DNA of 64,000 nt from an uncultured Chloroflexia bacterium (GTDB taxonomy: Bacteria > Chloroflexota > Dehalococcoidia > UBA2979): NCBI GenBank assembly GCA_963728205.1, contig CAVSIV010000002.1:224001-288000 (forward strand). Direction: 5' to 3'. A program made the translations under genes and the position numbers. Positions 1 through 11,512 of the stretch are shown in pieces (position 1 is the first letter of the stretch; every line of letters starts with the position of its first letter). Below the pieces are notes generated by a model that had not been told where the DNA came from, ran no database searches, and saw nothing but the letters and a program-made list of their open reading frames with translations.

Positions 1-41
1 ACCTGCTCGTGACCGGCGCCGTCGTGCTGGCGATGGGTTAG
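1..41 (+). CDS. nuoH: NADH-quinone oxidoreductase subunit H, C-terminal fragment (truncated by window)
   Basis: Frame 3 reads LLVTGAVVLAMG-stop(TAG 39-41), like the NuoH C-terminus; lies directly upstream of nuoI. Confidence 0.6.
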   Translation, partial: LLVTGAVVLAMG

Positions 42-50
42 GGGGCCGCG

Positions 51-568
51 ATGCTGAGCGTCGTCGACACGGTCTGGCACGTGCTGCGGCACACGTTCCG
101 CCGCCGCCAGACCGTGCAGTACCCCGACGAGAAGGCGTACCTCGCCGCCGCGCTGGCGCGGCCGCATCGTGCTGTCGCGCGACCCCGACGGCGAGGAGCG
201 CTGCGTCGCGTGCTACCTGTGCGCGGTCGCGTGCCCGGTCGACTGCATCGCGCTGCAGGCGACCGAGGACGAGACCGGGCGCCGCTACCCGGACTTCTTC
301 CGCATCAACTTCTCGCGCTGCATCTTCTGCGGCTTCTGCGAGGAGGCGTGCCCGACCTATGCCATCCAGCTCACGCCCGACTTCGAGATGAGCGAGTACG
401 AGCGGCCGAACCTGGTCTACGAGAAGGAGGACCTGACTGATCGACGGGCCGGGCAAGTACCCGGACTACAACTTCTACCGCGTTGCGGGGCTGGAGATCG
501 GCGGCAAGGACACGGGCGAGGCCGAGCGCGAGGCGCCGCCGACGGACGTGCGGCGGCTGCTGCCGTGA
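51..568 (+). CDS. nuoI: NADH-quinone oxidoreductase subunit I (2x[4Fe-4S]); apparent frameshifts near 145 and 437
   Basis: Joined frames give [81 protein letters not shown]-stop. Confidence 0.93.
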
Positions 569-1057
569 CCGACGCTGTTCTGGGTCGCGGCCGCCATCGC
601 GGTCGTCTCGACGGCGATGGTGCTGGTGCAGCGCAACGCGATCCACGGGCTGCTGTACCTGGTGGTGTCGCTGCTCGCCGTGGCGCTGGTGTTCTTCGCG
701 CTGGGCGCGCCGTTCGTCGCAGCGCTCGAGGTGATCATCTACGCCGGGGCGATCATGGTGCTGTTCGTCTTCGTCGTGATGGTGATCAACGTCGGTGTCG
801 AGGGGGCGCGCATCGACGCCGGCCTGCTGCAGCCGACGGCGTGGATCGGGCCCGCTGTGCTCGCGTCGCTGCTGCTCGCGGCGCTGGTCGCGGTGCTCGT
901 GCGCGGCGGGCCCGGCGTGCACGGTGCCGGCACGGCGATCGCGCCGACGGACGTCGGGCTCGCGCTGTTCGGCCGCTACCTGCTGGGGGTGGAGCTCGCG
1001 TCGCTGCTGCTGCTCGCGGGGCTGGTCGGCGCGTATCACCTCGGCCGGCGCGAGTAG
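565..1057 (+). CDS. nuoJ: NADH-quinone oxidoreductase subunit J (5' frameshift near 573)
   Basis: [57 protein letters not shown]; GTG at 565 overlaps the nuoI stop. Confidence 0.92.
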
Positions 1058-1072
1058 CGGGCGGGGGCGGCG

Positions 1073-1378
1073 ATGCAGACGGCGGCCGACTACGGGCTCT
1101 TCCTCGCGACGATCCTCTTCGCGCTCGGGCTGCTCGGCGTGCTCTTGCGGCGCAACGTGCTGTTCATGCTGCTCTCGATCGAGATCATGCTGAACGCCGC
1201 AGGGCTCGCGTTCGTCGTGGCCGGCGCGCGCTGGGCGCAGCCCGACGGCCAGGTGATGTTCCTGTTCGTGCTCGCGATGGCCGCGGCCGAGGTGGCGGTG
1301 GGCCTGGCGCTGGTGCTGCAGCTGCTGCGGCACTTCGGGACGCTCGACGTCGACGCGGCGAGCCGGATGCGGGGCTAG
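1073..1378 (+). CDS. nuoK: NADH-quinone oxidoreductase subunit K
   Basis: [39 protein letters not shown], 101 aa. Confidence 0.96.
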   Translation: MQTAADYGLFLATILFALGLLGVLLRRNVLFMLLSIEIMLNAAGLAFVVAGARWAQPDGQVMFLFVLAMAAAEVAVGLALVLQLLRHFGTLDVDAASRMRG

Positions 1379-1380
1379 CG

Positions 1381-3266
<1,886 letters not shown>

Positions 3267-3270
<4 letters not shown>

Positions 3271-4835
3271 TCGCCGCGTGGCTCGTCGGCGTGCTGATCG
3301 GCAGCGGGCTGATCGCCTGGGCGATCGGCGGGCGCGCGCCGCGCTGGTCGCGGCTCGTCGCGCTCGCCGCGATCGGCGGCGATCTCGTGCTGCTCGCGGG
3401 GTTCTGGGTCGTGCACTGGGGCGACCTCGGTGCCGGGCCGGTCGCGAGCGCGGGCGGCGGCGGGGCGTGGCTGACCGAGGCGAACTACGCCTGGATCCCG
3501 CAGCTCGGCATCAGCGCGCACGTCGCGGTCGACGGCTTCAGCCTGCTGTTGCTGCTGCTGACGATGCTGCTCGGGCTCGTCGCCGTGCTGATCTCGTGGC
3601 GCGAGATCGACCACCGCGTCGGCTTCTTTCACCTCAACGTGCTGTGGGTGCTCGCCGGGATCGTCGGCGTGTTCACTTCGCTCGACCTCTTCCTCTTCTA
3701 CTTCTTCTGGGAGCTCATGCTCGTCCCGATGTACTTCCTGATCGCGATCTGGGGGCACGAGCGGCGGCACTATGCGTCGATGAAGTTCTTCCTCTTCACG
3801 CAGGCCAGCGGCCTGCTGATGCTCGTCGCGATCCTGGCGCTGGTGTTCGCGCACGCGGCGCAGACGGGGCAGATCACGTTCGACTACGAGGCGCTGCTCG
3901 GGACGCCGCTCTCCCGGCTCACCGCCACGCTCGCGATGCTCGGCTTCTTCGCGGCGTTCGCGGTGAAGCTGCCGGCCGTGCCGTTCCACACGTGGCTGCC
4001 CGACGCGCACACGGAGGCGCCGACCGCGGGCAGCGTGATCCTCGCCGGGCTGATGCTGAAGACCGGCGCCTACGGGATGATCCGGTTCCTGGTGCCGCTC
4101 TTCCCGAAGGCGGCGCTCGACTTCGCGCCGGTGGCGATGACGCTCGGGGCGATCGGGGTGCTGTACGGCGCGCTGGTCGCGTACTCGCAGCGCGACTTCA
4201 AGCGGCTGGTCGCGTACACGAGCGTCGGGCACATGGCGCTGGTGATGCTCGGCATCTTCGCGTGGAACCGGCTCGCGCTGCAGGGCGTGGTGATCATGAT
4301 GGTGTCGCACGCCATCAGCACCGGCGGGCTGTTCGTGATCGCCGGGCAGTTGCAGGAGCGGCTGCACACGCGCGACATGGACCGCATGAGCGGCTTCTGG
4401 GGCGCTGCGCCGCGCATGGGCGGCTTCACAATGCTGTTCGCGATGGCGACGCTGGGCCTGCCGGGCCTCGGCAACTTCGTCGGCGAATTCCTGATCCTGG
4501 CGGGGGCCTACCAGGCGGGGATCGGGCTGGCCGCCGTCGCGGCGGCGGGGATCGTCGCTGCGACGATCTACTCGCTGCGACTGGTGCAGCTCACGTTCCA
4601 CGGGCCGCAGACCGACGTGCCGCAGCCGGCGGACCTGTCGTGGCGCGAGGGGCTCGTGCTCGGCGGGATGGCCGCGGCGATCATCGCGGTCGGGTTCGTG
4701 CCGCAGCCGCTGCTGCGGACGTCGGAGGACGGCATCGCGCGCGCGCAGCAGGTCGTCGCGAGCGCGCGCCAGTCGACGAGCGCGGCGGCCGCGCCGGCGC
4801 CGGCGGCGGTGCGCGCGAAGGGCGGCGGGCCGTGA
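3267..4835 (+). CDS. nuoM: NADH-quinone oxidoreductase subunit M
   Basis: [69 protein letters not shown]; GTG start overlaps the nuoL stop. Confidence 0.96.
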
Positions 4836-6283
4836 CCGGCCCGCAGTTCGTCGCGCTGCTCCCGTGGACCGTCCTCGGCGCGACGGCGACGCTGCTGCTG
4901 CTGTACGTCTCGCTCGCGCGCCACCACGCGTCGACCGCCGCGCTCACGGTGGTGGGGCTCGTCGCGGCGTTCGCGCTGCTTCCCGTCGCCGCGCTCGCCG
5001 ACACGCCCGCGGTCACGCCGCTCTTCCGCGTCGACCGCTTCGCGCTTTACTACACCGGCGTGCTGATCGCCGCGGCGACGGCCGTCGCCGTGCTCGCCTA
5101 CGGCTACCTGCGCGACCGCGAGTCCCACCCCGAGGAGTTCTACGTCCTGCTCGTCGCGGCGACCGCGGGGGCCGCGGTGCTGGCCGCCGCGGATCACTTC
5201 GCGTCGTTCTTCCTCGGGCTCGAATTGCTGAGCGTCTCGCTCTACGCGTTGATCGCGTACCCGCGCAGCAGCGCCGCGGCGGTCGAGGCGGGCATGAAGT
5301 ACCTCGTGCTCGCCGCCGTCTCGTCGGCGTTCCTCCTGTTCGGCATGGCGCTGGTCTACGCGGAGCTCGGCTCGATGCAGTTCGAGCAGATCGCGCAGGT
5401 GGTGGCCGGCTTCCCCGGGAGCGTGCCGGCGACGCTCACGCTGCTCGCCGGGCTGGCGCTGCTCGTGGTGGGGATCGGTTACAAGCTCGCGCTCGTGCCG
5501 TTCCACATGTGGGCGCCCGACGTCTATGAAGGCGCCCCGCTGCCGGCGACGGCCTTCGTCGCGACCGTCTCGAAGGGCGGCGTCGTCGCCGTGCTGCTGC
5601 GCTTCTTCACGCTGATCGACTTCCGTCAGTACGGCGTGCTGTTCGCCGTCTTCGCGGTCGTGGCGGTGGGGTCGATGGTGGGCGGCAACCTGCTCGCGCT
5701 GCTGCAGTCGAACGTGAAGCGCATCCTCGCGTACTCGTCGGTCGCGCACCTCGGGTACCTGATGGTGGCGTTCGTCGCGAGCGGCGGGCAGGCGCTGACG
5801 GCGGTGGCGTTCTACCTCGCCGTGTACGTCGCGGCGTCGCTCGGGGCGTTCGGGGTGATGACGCTGCTGTCCGGGGCCGAGGGCCGCGAGGCGGATCGCG
5901 TCGATGACTATGCGCACCTCTTCTGGCGGCACCCCGGGCTGGCGGCCGCGATGACGGCGTCGCTGTTCTCACTGGCCGGCATCCCTCTGACCGCGGGGTT
6001 CGTGGGGAAGTTTTACCTGGTGCTGGCGGGCGCGCAGTCGGCGCTGTGGTGGCTCGTGGTGGTCCTGGTGCTGTCGTCGGTGATCGGACTTTTCTACTAC
6101 CTGCGGATCATCGTCGCGATGTTCCGGGAGGTGCCCGCGGGCGAGTCAGACGCGCCGCGGCGGCCGGCACCGGCGCTCGCGGGTTCGCTCGCGCTGGTGG
6201 TGGTGATCGGCGTGGTGATGTGGCTCGGGGTGTACCCCTCGCCGTTCATCCACGTGGTCCGCGCGCTGGCCGCGACGCTGTAG
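4832..6283 (+). CDS. nuoN: NADH-quinone oxidoreductase subunit N
   Basis: [65 protein letters not shown]. Confidence 0.96.
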   Translation: MTGPQFVALLPWTVLGATATLLLLYVSLARHHASTAALTVVGLVAAFALLPVAALADTPAVTPLFRVDRFALYYTGVLIAAATAVAVLAYGYLRDRESHPEEFYVLLVAATAGAAVLAAADHFASFFLGLELLSVSLYALIAYPRSSAAAVEAGMKYLVLAAVSSAFLLFGMALVYAELGSMQFEQIAQVVAGFPGSVPATLTLLAGLALLVVGIGYKLALVPFHMWAPDVYEGAPLPATAFVATVSKGGVVAVLLRFFTLIDFRQYGVLFAVFAVVAVGSMVGGNLLALLQSNVKRILAYSSVAHLGYLMVAFVASGGQALTAVAFYLAVYVAASLGAFGVMTLLSGAEGREADRVDDYAHLFWRHPGLAAAMTASLFSLAGIPLTAGFVGKFYLVLAGAQSALWWLVVVLVLSSVIGLFYYLRIIVAMFREVPAGESDAPRRPAPALAGSLALVVVIGVVMWLGVYPSPFIHVVRALAATL

Positions 6284-6307
6284 CGCGCCGCCCACGGCTG
6301 GCTGCCC

Positions 6308-6397
6308 GGCGAACGGCGCCGTGCGAGCGGGATGAGCGGGCCGGCGCGGCCATACGGAACGCGAGGCTGCTCAGCCCGCTGACGCGGGCCGTTCGCC
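6308..6397. repeat. REP-like inverted pair (family 1)
   Basis: ggcgaacggcgccgtgcgagcgggatgagc is an imperfect reverse complement of gctcagcccgctgacgcgggccgttcgcc (6369-6397); the same unit recurs at 11401-11505. Confidence 0.6.
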
Positions 6398-6428
6398 AGA
6401 GTGCGGCACCCGGGAAGATGATGGAGAC

Positions 6429-8108
6429 ATGTGGACGCTGACCGGCTGGGGCCGGTCGAACCGCGTGGTCGTGCGCATCGCGTGGGCGCTGGCGCTGGTC
6501 GCGCTCGTCTCGGCGGCCATCGCCGCGGCGCGCACGGTCACCAGCGCGTCGAACGTCGCCATCGTCTACGTGGTGGCCGTGCTCGCCGCAGCGGTGACGG
6601 CGGGGAGCGCGGCGGCGGTGGCCGCCGCCATCGCGTCGTTCTTCGCCTACGACCTCTTCTTCATCGCGCCCCACTTCGCGCTCACCGTCGCCGACCCCGT
6701 CGAGTGGGTGAACCTTGCGCTGCTGCTCACGACCGGCATCGTGACGGGGCAGCTCGCCGGGGTCGCGCGGCGGCGCGAGCAGGAGGCGCGCGCCGGCGAG
6801 CGCGACGCCGTCGTGCAGTACGAGGTGGCGCGTGCGCTGGCGGACGACGACATCGAGCGCGCGCTGCACACGGCGGCGGCGGTCCTGCGCGAGGCGACGA
6901 GGGTCGAGGCGGTGCTGATCCGCGCGCAGGTCGGCCCGCGCGACCTGTCGGCCGCCGCGGGCGACCCGCGCGCGGCGCAGCAGCTGCTGCGCTCGGGGCG
7001 GCTGGGCGCCGGCCGCGTGCTCGGCGAGCCGCGCGGCGAGGAGCGCGGCGCCTTCCGCGCGCGCCGCTGGGTCGGGCTGCGCCCGCCCCGGCTGCGCAGC
7101 GCCCCGGCGACGACGCCGGCCTCCGCCGCGCGCGCGGCCGGGCGGCGCTTCGATCACGTGCGCATCGCGTCGGCGCGCGGAGCGGAAGGCTGGATCTCGC
7201 TCGCCTCCGGTCCGCGCGCGGAGTTCTCGGTGGCCGACCAGCGCTTGCTCGCTACCGCCGCCGCGCAGATCGGACAGGCCGTCGACCGGGCGCGCCTCCA
7301 CGCCGACGCCACGGAGGCCGAGGTGCTGCGGCGTGCCGACGACCTCAAGAACGCGCTCCTGAACACGGTCTCGCACGACCTGCGCACGCCGCTCGCGTCC
7401 ATCGTCGCGTCGGCCGACAGCCTGCTCCAGGGCGACGTCGCCTGGTCCGACGGCGATCGCCGCGAGTTCCTCTCCGCCATCGCGGACGAGGGTCGCCGGC
7501 TCGACCGCATGGTCCGCCACCTGCTCGACTTCTCGCGGGTGCAGGGCGGCGCGCTGCGCATCGAGCCCGAGTGGCGCGACCTCGCCACGCTCGTCGCCGA
7601 CACGCTCGACCGGCTCTCCGAGCACGCGGCCGGGTACCTCGTGGTCGCGGACCTGCCGGCCGACCTGCCGCCGGTGCGCATGGACGCGATCGCCATCGGC
7701 GAGGTGATCGGCAACCTCGTGGAGAACGCGGTGCGGCACACGCCCTCCGGCACCGAGATCCGGCTCTCGGCGTCCGTCCTCCCGGCCGGGGAGAGCGGCG
7801 GCGGGCCGGCGGTCGAGGTCGCGATCGCGGACGACGGCCCCGGCATCGCCCCGGAGGCGCTCGCCCATCTCTTCGACCCGTTCGCCGCGGCGGAGCGCGG
7901 GCGCGGCGGGCAGGGGACGGGGCTCGGGCTTGCTGTCGCGCGGGCGCTCGTGGAGGCGCACGGCGGCGCGATCACCGCGGCGAACGGGTCGGGCGGCGGA
8001 GCGCGCTTCGCCTTCCGCATCCCGCTCGACCCGGCCCCCGGCGACCCGGGTGCCCCGCCGCCTGCCGGCCACCCGGCCGCCGCGGCGCCGAAGGCGGCCC
8101 GTCCGTGA
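6429..8108 (+). CDS. KdpD-like sensor histidine kinase (4-TM DUF4118-type region + GAF-like + HisKA/HATPase), lacking the KdpD N-terminal and USP domains
   Basis: YDLFFIAPHFALTV; H-box SHDLRTPLASI; N-box NLVENAVRH; DDGPGI; GTGLGLAV. Confidence 0.88.
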   Translation: MWTLTGWGRSNRVVVRIAWALALVALVSAAIAAARTVTSASNVAIVYVVAVLAAAVTAGSAAAVAAAIASFFAYDLFFIAPHFALTVADPVEWVNLALLLTTGIVTGQLAGVARRREQEARAGERDAVVQYEVARALADDDIERALHTAAAVLREATRVEAVLIRAQVGPRDLSAAAGDPRAAQQLLRSGRLGAGRVLGEPRGEERGAFRARRWVGLRPPRLRSAPATTPASAARAAGRRFDHVRIASARGAEGWISLASGPRAEFSVADQRLLATAAAQIGQAVDRARLHADATEAEVLRRADDLKNALLNTVSHDLRTPLASIVASADSLLQGDVAWSDGDRREFLSAIADEGRRLDRMVRHLLDFSRVQGGALRIEPEWRDLATLVADTLDRLSEHAAGYLVVADLPADLPPVRMDAIAIGEVIGNLVENAVRHTPSGTEIRLSASVLPAGESGGGPAVEVAIADDGPGIAPEALAHLFDPFAAAERGRGGQGTGLGLAVARALVEAHGGAITAANGSGGGARFAFRIPLDPAPGDPGAPPPAGHPAAAAPKAARP

Positions 8109-8803
8109 CCGTCACCCCGGGCGCGCGCGTCCTCGTCGTCGACGACGAACCGGCGATCCGGCGCGTCGTGCGCCTCAACCTCGAGGCGCGCGGCTACCAG
8201 GTCGAAGCGGTGGAGGACGGTGCCGCCGCGATCGACCGCTTCTACCGCTGGCGGCCCGACGTCGTGCTGCTCGACCTCGGCCTGCCGGACATCGACGGCG
8301 TCGACTTCATCGCGCGGGTCCGCGAGGCGAGCGCCACGCCGATCGTGGTGCTGTCGGCCCGCGCGGCGGAGCGCGACAAGGTGTTCGCGCTCGACGCCGG
8401 CGCCGACGACTACCTGGCGAAGCCCTTCGGCGTGGACGAGCTGCTGGCGCGCGTGCGCGTCGCGCTGCGGCACGCCGTGCGGCCGCCGGGCGGCGCGGCG
8501 GCGGCGCTCGCCGCCGGCGATCTCGCGGTCGACCTCGAGGCGCGCCGGCTGACGGTGCGCGGCGAGGAGGTGCGCCTCACGCCGACCGAGTGGGACCTGC
8601 TGAAGGTCTTCGCCGCCAACCCCAACAAGCTGATGACCGACCGCGCGCTGCTGCGCGCGGTGTGGGGGCCGGAGTACGGATCCGAGAACCACTACCTGCA
8701 CGTGTACGTCGCGCGCCTGCGCAAGAAGATCGAGCGCGACCCCGCGCACCCGCGCACGCTGATCACCGAGCCGGGCGCGGGTTACCGCTTCGTCGTGTCC
8801 TGA
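8105..8803 (+). CDS. kdpE: KdpE-like OmpR-family response regulator
   Basis: VLVVDDE, LLDLGLPDIDG, DKVFALDAGADDYLAKPFG, LTPTEW, VWGPEY..YLHVYVARLRKKIE, TEPGAGYRF. Confidence 0.88.
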   Translation: MTVTPGARVLVVDDEPAIRRVVRLNLEARGYQVEAVEDGAAAIDRFYRWRPDVVLLDLGLPDIDGVDFIARVREASATPIVVLSARAAERDKVFALDAGADDYLAKPFGVDELLARVRVALRHAVRPPGGAAAALAAGDLAVDLEARRLTVRGEEVRLTPTEWDLLKVFAANPNKLMTDRALLRAVWGPEYGSENHYLHVYVARLRKKIERDPAHPRTLITEPGAGYRFVVS

Positions 8804-10854
8804 CGTTCGCGCTCGCCGGAGCGCCCGGACTCGACCTCGGCCCCGAGGTGCGTGGGCACGTCGACGACGATCGTGTTCGCGCGGAAGAACAGGTGCACCT
8901 TCAGCCGCAGCGCCGCCTGGTTGTGCAGGACGTACTGCCAGAAGTGCCGCGGCACGAACTCCGCGAGCACGATCACGATGGACCGGCGCGGCTCGGCGGC
9001 GCGCAGCGCGTCGATGTATGCGAGAAGCGGCGGGATCAGCGACCGGTACGGCGACTCGATGATCACGAGCTCCGGGCCGAGGTCCCACTCCGCCCAGCGC
9101 TGCTTGAACGCCTCGGTCTCGGTGGCGTCGTCGCTGACGTGGACGACGGTGGGGTGGTCGCTCATCGACTGCGCAAAGCGGACGGCGCGCAGGGCGGAGC
9201 GGTCGAGGCGGCTGATCGGCGCGATCACGTGGGTCGGCGCCTCGACGGGGAACGCGTCCGGCTCGTCGACCGTCATCGCGGTGCGCACGCCCTCGTAGTG
9301 GCGGTGGATGGCGATCATGATCGCCATCAGGATCGGGATGAGCAGCAGCACGACCCACGCGCCGAGCGCGAACTTCGACGCGCCGACGATCACGGCGACG
9401 ACGCCGGTGGCGGCCGCGCCGACGCCGTTCACGGCGGCGCGCCGGCGCCAGCCGCGGACCTCGGCGCGTCGGCGGTACCAGCGCTTCACCATGCCGGCCT
9501 GGCTGAGCGTAAAGGCGATGAACACGCCGACCGTGTAGAGCGGGATCAGGTTCGTGACGCTCGCGTGGAAGATGATCAGCAGCAGCACCGCGAGCGCGGT
9601 CAGCACCATGATCCCCGTGCTGAACGCCAGCCGGTCGCCGCGGTACTGGAACTGGCGCGGCCAGTAGCCGTCCCGCGCGAGGATGCTCGACAGCCGCGGG
9701 AAGTCCGAGTAGCCGGTGTTCGCGGCGAGCACGAGCAGCACCGCCGTCGAGATCTGCACGAGGTAGTGGAACGGTGACCCGTCGCCGACGAGCACGGCCG
9801 CGAGCTGGCTGATCACGGTCGTCTGCTCGGTGGGGTCGGGGACGATGCCGATGTGCCCGGCGAGGAAGCTGATGCCGATGAAGATCGTCGTAAAGAAGGT
9901 GGCCATCAGGATCAGCACGCGCTGGGCGTGCTTCGGCTCGGGCGGAGCGAAGGCCGGGACGCCGTTGGAGACGGCCTCGACGCCGGTCAGGGCGACGGAT
10001 CCGGACGAGAACGCGCGGAGGATGAGCACGAGCCCGAGCGCGCTGACGGCCTGGTCCGGCACGTACGCCGCCGGCGGGACGTAGGCGGGCAGCGAGCCCG
10101 TCGCGAAGCGGAAGAAGCCCACCGCGAGCAGCCCGAAGATCGCGACCAGGTAGACGTAGGCCGGCGCCGCGAAGATGGTGCCGCTCTCGCGGACGCCGCG
10201 CAGGTTGCCGAGGCAGATCAGCAGCACGAACGCCACCGCGAGCTCGACGCGGTCGGCGAACAGCACCGGGAAGATCGACGTCAGCGCGGCCACGCCCGCC
10301 GCCACGGACACGGCGACCGTGAGCACATAGTCGGTGAGCAGCGACGCGCCGGCGACGAGGCCGGGGATCGGCCCGAGGTTGTCGCTCGCGACGATGTACG
10401 AGCCGCCGCCGGTCGGATACGCGGCGATGGTCTGCTGGTAGCTCGTCACGACGATGATCAACACCAGCACGATCGCGATCGTGATCGGCATCGTGAACAC
10501 GAGCGCGCCTGCGCCGGCCAGCACCAGGACGCGCATGATCTCCTCGGTCGCGTACGCCGAGGACGAGATGTTGTCGGAGGCGAACACGGCGAGGCCCTTG
10601 ATGGTGCCGATGCGCTCGTGGATCTCCATCTCGTTCGGCAGGCGCGCGCCGACCAGGCGGCGCCATGCGCCCTCGATCGCGCGGCTGAGGCGCGAGCCCC
10701 GCTGGAAGACGCCCTCGGTCGCGACGAGATGGCTCTCCTCGCGGCGCTCGAACTTGCCGAGGAACGGGCGCAGGACGCGGATGTAGCGGTTGCCGGGCAG
10801 ACGGCCGCGCCGCTCGCGGTGCGGCGCGGTGTGTGGGGCGCGGTGATCGCTCAT
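8782..10854 (-). CDS. APC-superfamily permease, KimA/YdaO-like (probable K+ uptake)
   Basis: ASDNISSSAYATEE, SYQQTIAAYPTGGGSY, DYVLTVAVSV, ALTGVEAVSNG, LIPLYTVGVF; cytoplasmic tail IESPYRSL..LHNQ. Confidence 0.88.
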   Translation of the reverse strand: MSDHRAPHTAPHRERRGRLPGNRYIRVLRPFLGKFERREESHLVATEGVFQRGSRLSRAIEGAWRRLVGARLPNEMEIHERIGTIKGLAVFASDNISSSAYATEEIMRVLVLAGAGALVFTMPITIAIVLVLIIVVTSYQQTIAAYPTGGGSYIVASDNLGPIPGLVAGASLLTDYVLTVAVSVAAGVAALTSIFPVLFADRVELAVAFVLLICLGNLRGVRESGTIFAAPAYVYLVAIFGLLAVGFFRFATGSLPAYVPPAAYVPDQAVSALGLVLILRAFSSGSVALTGVEAVSNGVPAFAPPEPKHAQRVLILMATFFTTIFIGISFLAGHIGIVPDPTEQTTVISQLAAVLVGDGSPFHYLVQISTAVLLVLAANTGYSDFPRLSSILARDGYWPRQFQYRGDRLAFSTGIMVLTALAVLLLIIFHASVTNLIPLYTVGVFIAFTLSQAGMVKRWYRRRAEVRGWRRRAAVNGVGAAATGVVAVIVGASKFALGAWVVLLLIPILMAIMIAIHRHYEGVRTAMTVDEPDAFPVEAPTHVIAPISRLDRSALRAVRFAQSMSDHPTVVHVSDDATETEAFKQRWAEWDLGPELVIIESPYRSLIPPLLAYIDALRAAEPRRSIVIVLAEFVPRHFWQYVLHNQAALRLKVHLFFRANTIVVDVPTHLGAEVESGRSGERERQDTTKR

Positions 10855-10860
10855 CACTCG

Positions 10861-10931
10861 ATTGTCGCGGCGGGGGGCTCAACAACGGCTCAACAACCGA
10901 TGTCGCCGCCGTCCGTTGACACGCCGTTGAG
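10861..10931 (-). promoter_or_regulatory. Leaderless -10 box plus two 11-bp-period direct-repeat pairs (OmpR/KdpE-type operator)
   Basis: Minus-strand GACAAT (10861-66) lies 6 nt before the ATG at 10854; ggctcaacaac x2 at 10876-10897; ccgttga x2 at 10913-10930 in the opposite orientation. Confidence 0.6.
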
Positions 10932-10996
10932 CCGCGGCCGTCGAGACTGAGCGGGCGCCGGAGGGGCCGGCGCATAGAGAGGCACGGGCGCACCCG

Positions 10997-11431
10997 GTGG
11001 ACGTGAGCTGGCTCGGTCGCCGGCTGATGCGGCGCGCCACGCCGGCGCGGCCGTCGCTCGGCGGCGACGCGGACGCGTGGGCCGACGCGTTCGCGAGGCT
11101 GTCGCGTGATGCGCTGACGTGGGAAGTGGCGGGCCGCCCCGCGGACCGCGCCGGCGCCTACGCGTGGGAGTACAGCGTGCGCCGGCGCGGTGCCGTCCCC
11201 GCCGCCGCCTACGGCGCGACGAAGATCGCGCAGCGGCTCGATGTCGAGGAGCTGCTCGAAGTGGAGCGCGCCGCACGGCGCGGCATCCGCGAGGGTCGCT
11301 GGATCATCGTGCCTGGCTCCGCCGAGTGGTCGCTCGAGCGCCAGGCGTCGGTCGCGCTCGGCGTGCAGCTCGCGTGGCCGGACGCGGACGCCGCGGGGCC
11401 GCTCTGTCACGAGGCTCGCTCAGCCCGCTGA
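10997..11431 (+). CDS. Hypothetical protein, divergent from the APC transporter
   Basis: 144-aa ORF with Trp/Tyr-containing, non-shadow composition; fills the intergenic gap. Confidence 0.5.
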   Translation: MDVSWLGRRLMRRATPARPSLGGDADAWADAFARLSRDALTWEVAGRPADRAGAYAWEYSVRRRGAVPAAAYGATKIAQRLDVEELLEVERAARRGIREGRWIIVPGSAEWSLERQASVALGVQLAWPDADAAGPLCHEARSAR

Positions 11432-11505
11432 CGCGGGGCCGTCGCCGCGGGTCCGCTCTGACGACGAGGCTCGCTCAGCCCGCCGACGCGGGGCCGTTCG
11501 CCGCG
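11401..11505. repeat. Tandem ~50-bp REP-like repeat (family 1), two copies
   Basis: gctctg..acgaggctcgctcagcccgc(t/c)gacgcggggccgt(t)cgccgcg at 11401-11449 and 11455-11505, between convergent genes. Confidence 0.75.
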
Positions 11506-11512
11506 CCCCGAG

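Noticed and set aside
10860-10995. c-di-AMP (ydaO) riboswitch upstream of the KimA-like gene
   Set aside because: Consensus elements are not recognisable, and a -10-like box sits 6 nt from the start, leaving no leader.
7154-11410. 1418-aa minus-strand ORF and similar giant ORFs (42658..47043 -, 57585..60650 +)
   Set aside because: Arg/Ala/Pro-rich shadow frames overlapping well-supported genes, as expected at this GC content.
11401-11505. CRISPR array
   Set aside because: Only two adjacent units with no spacers and no cas genes.
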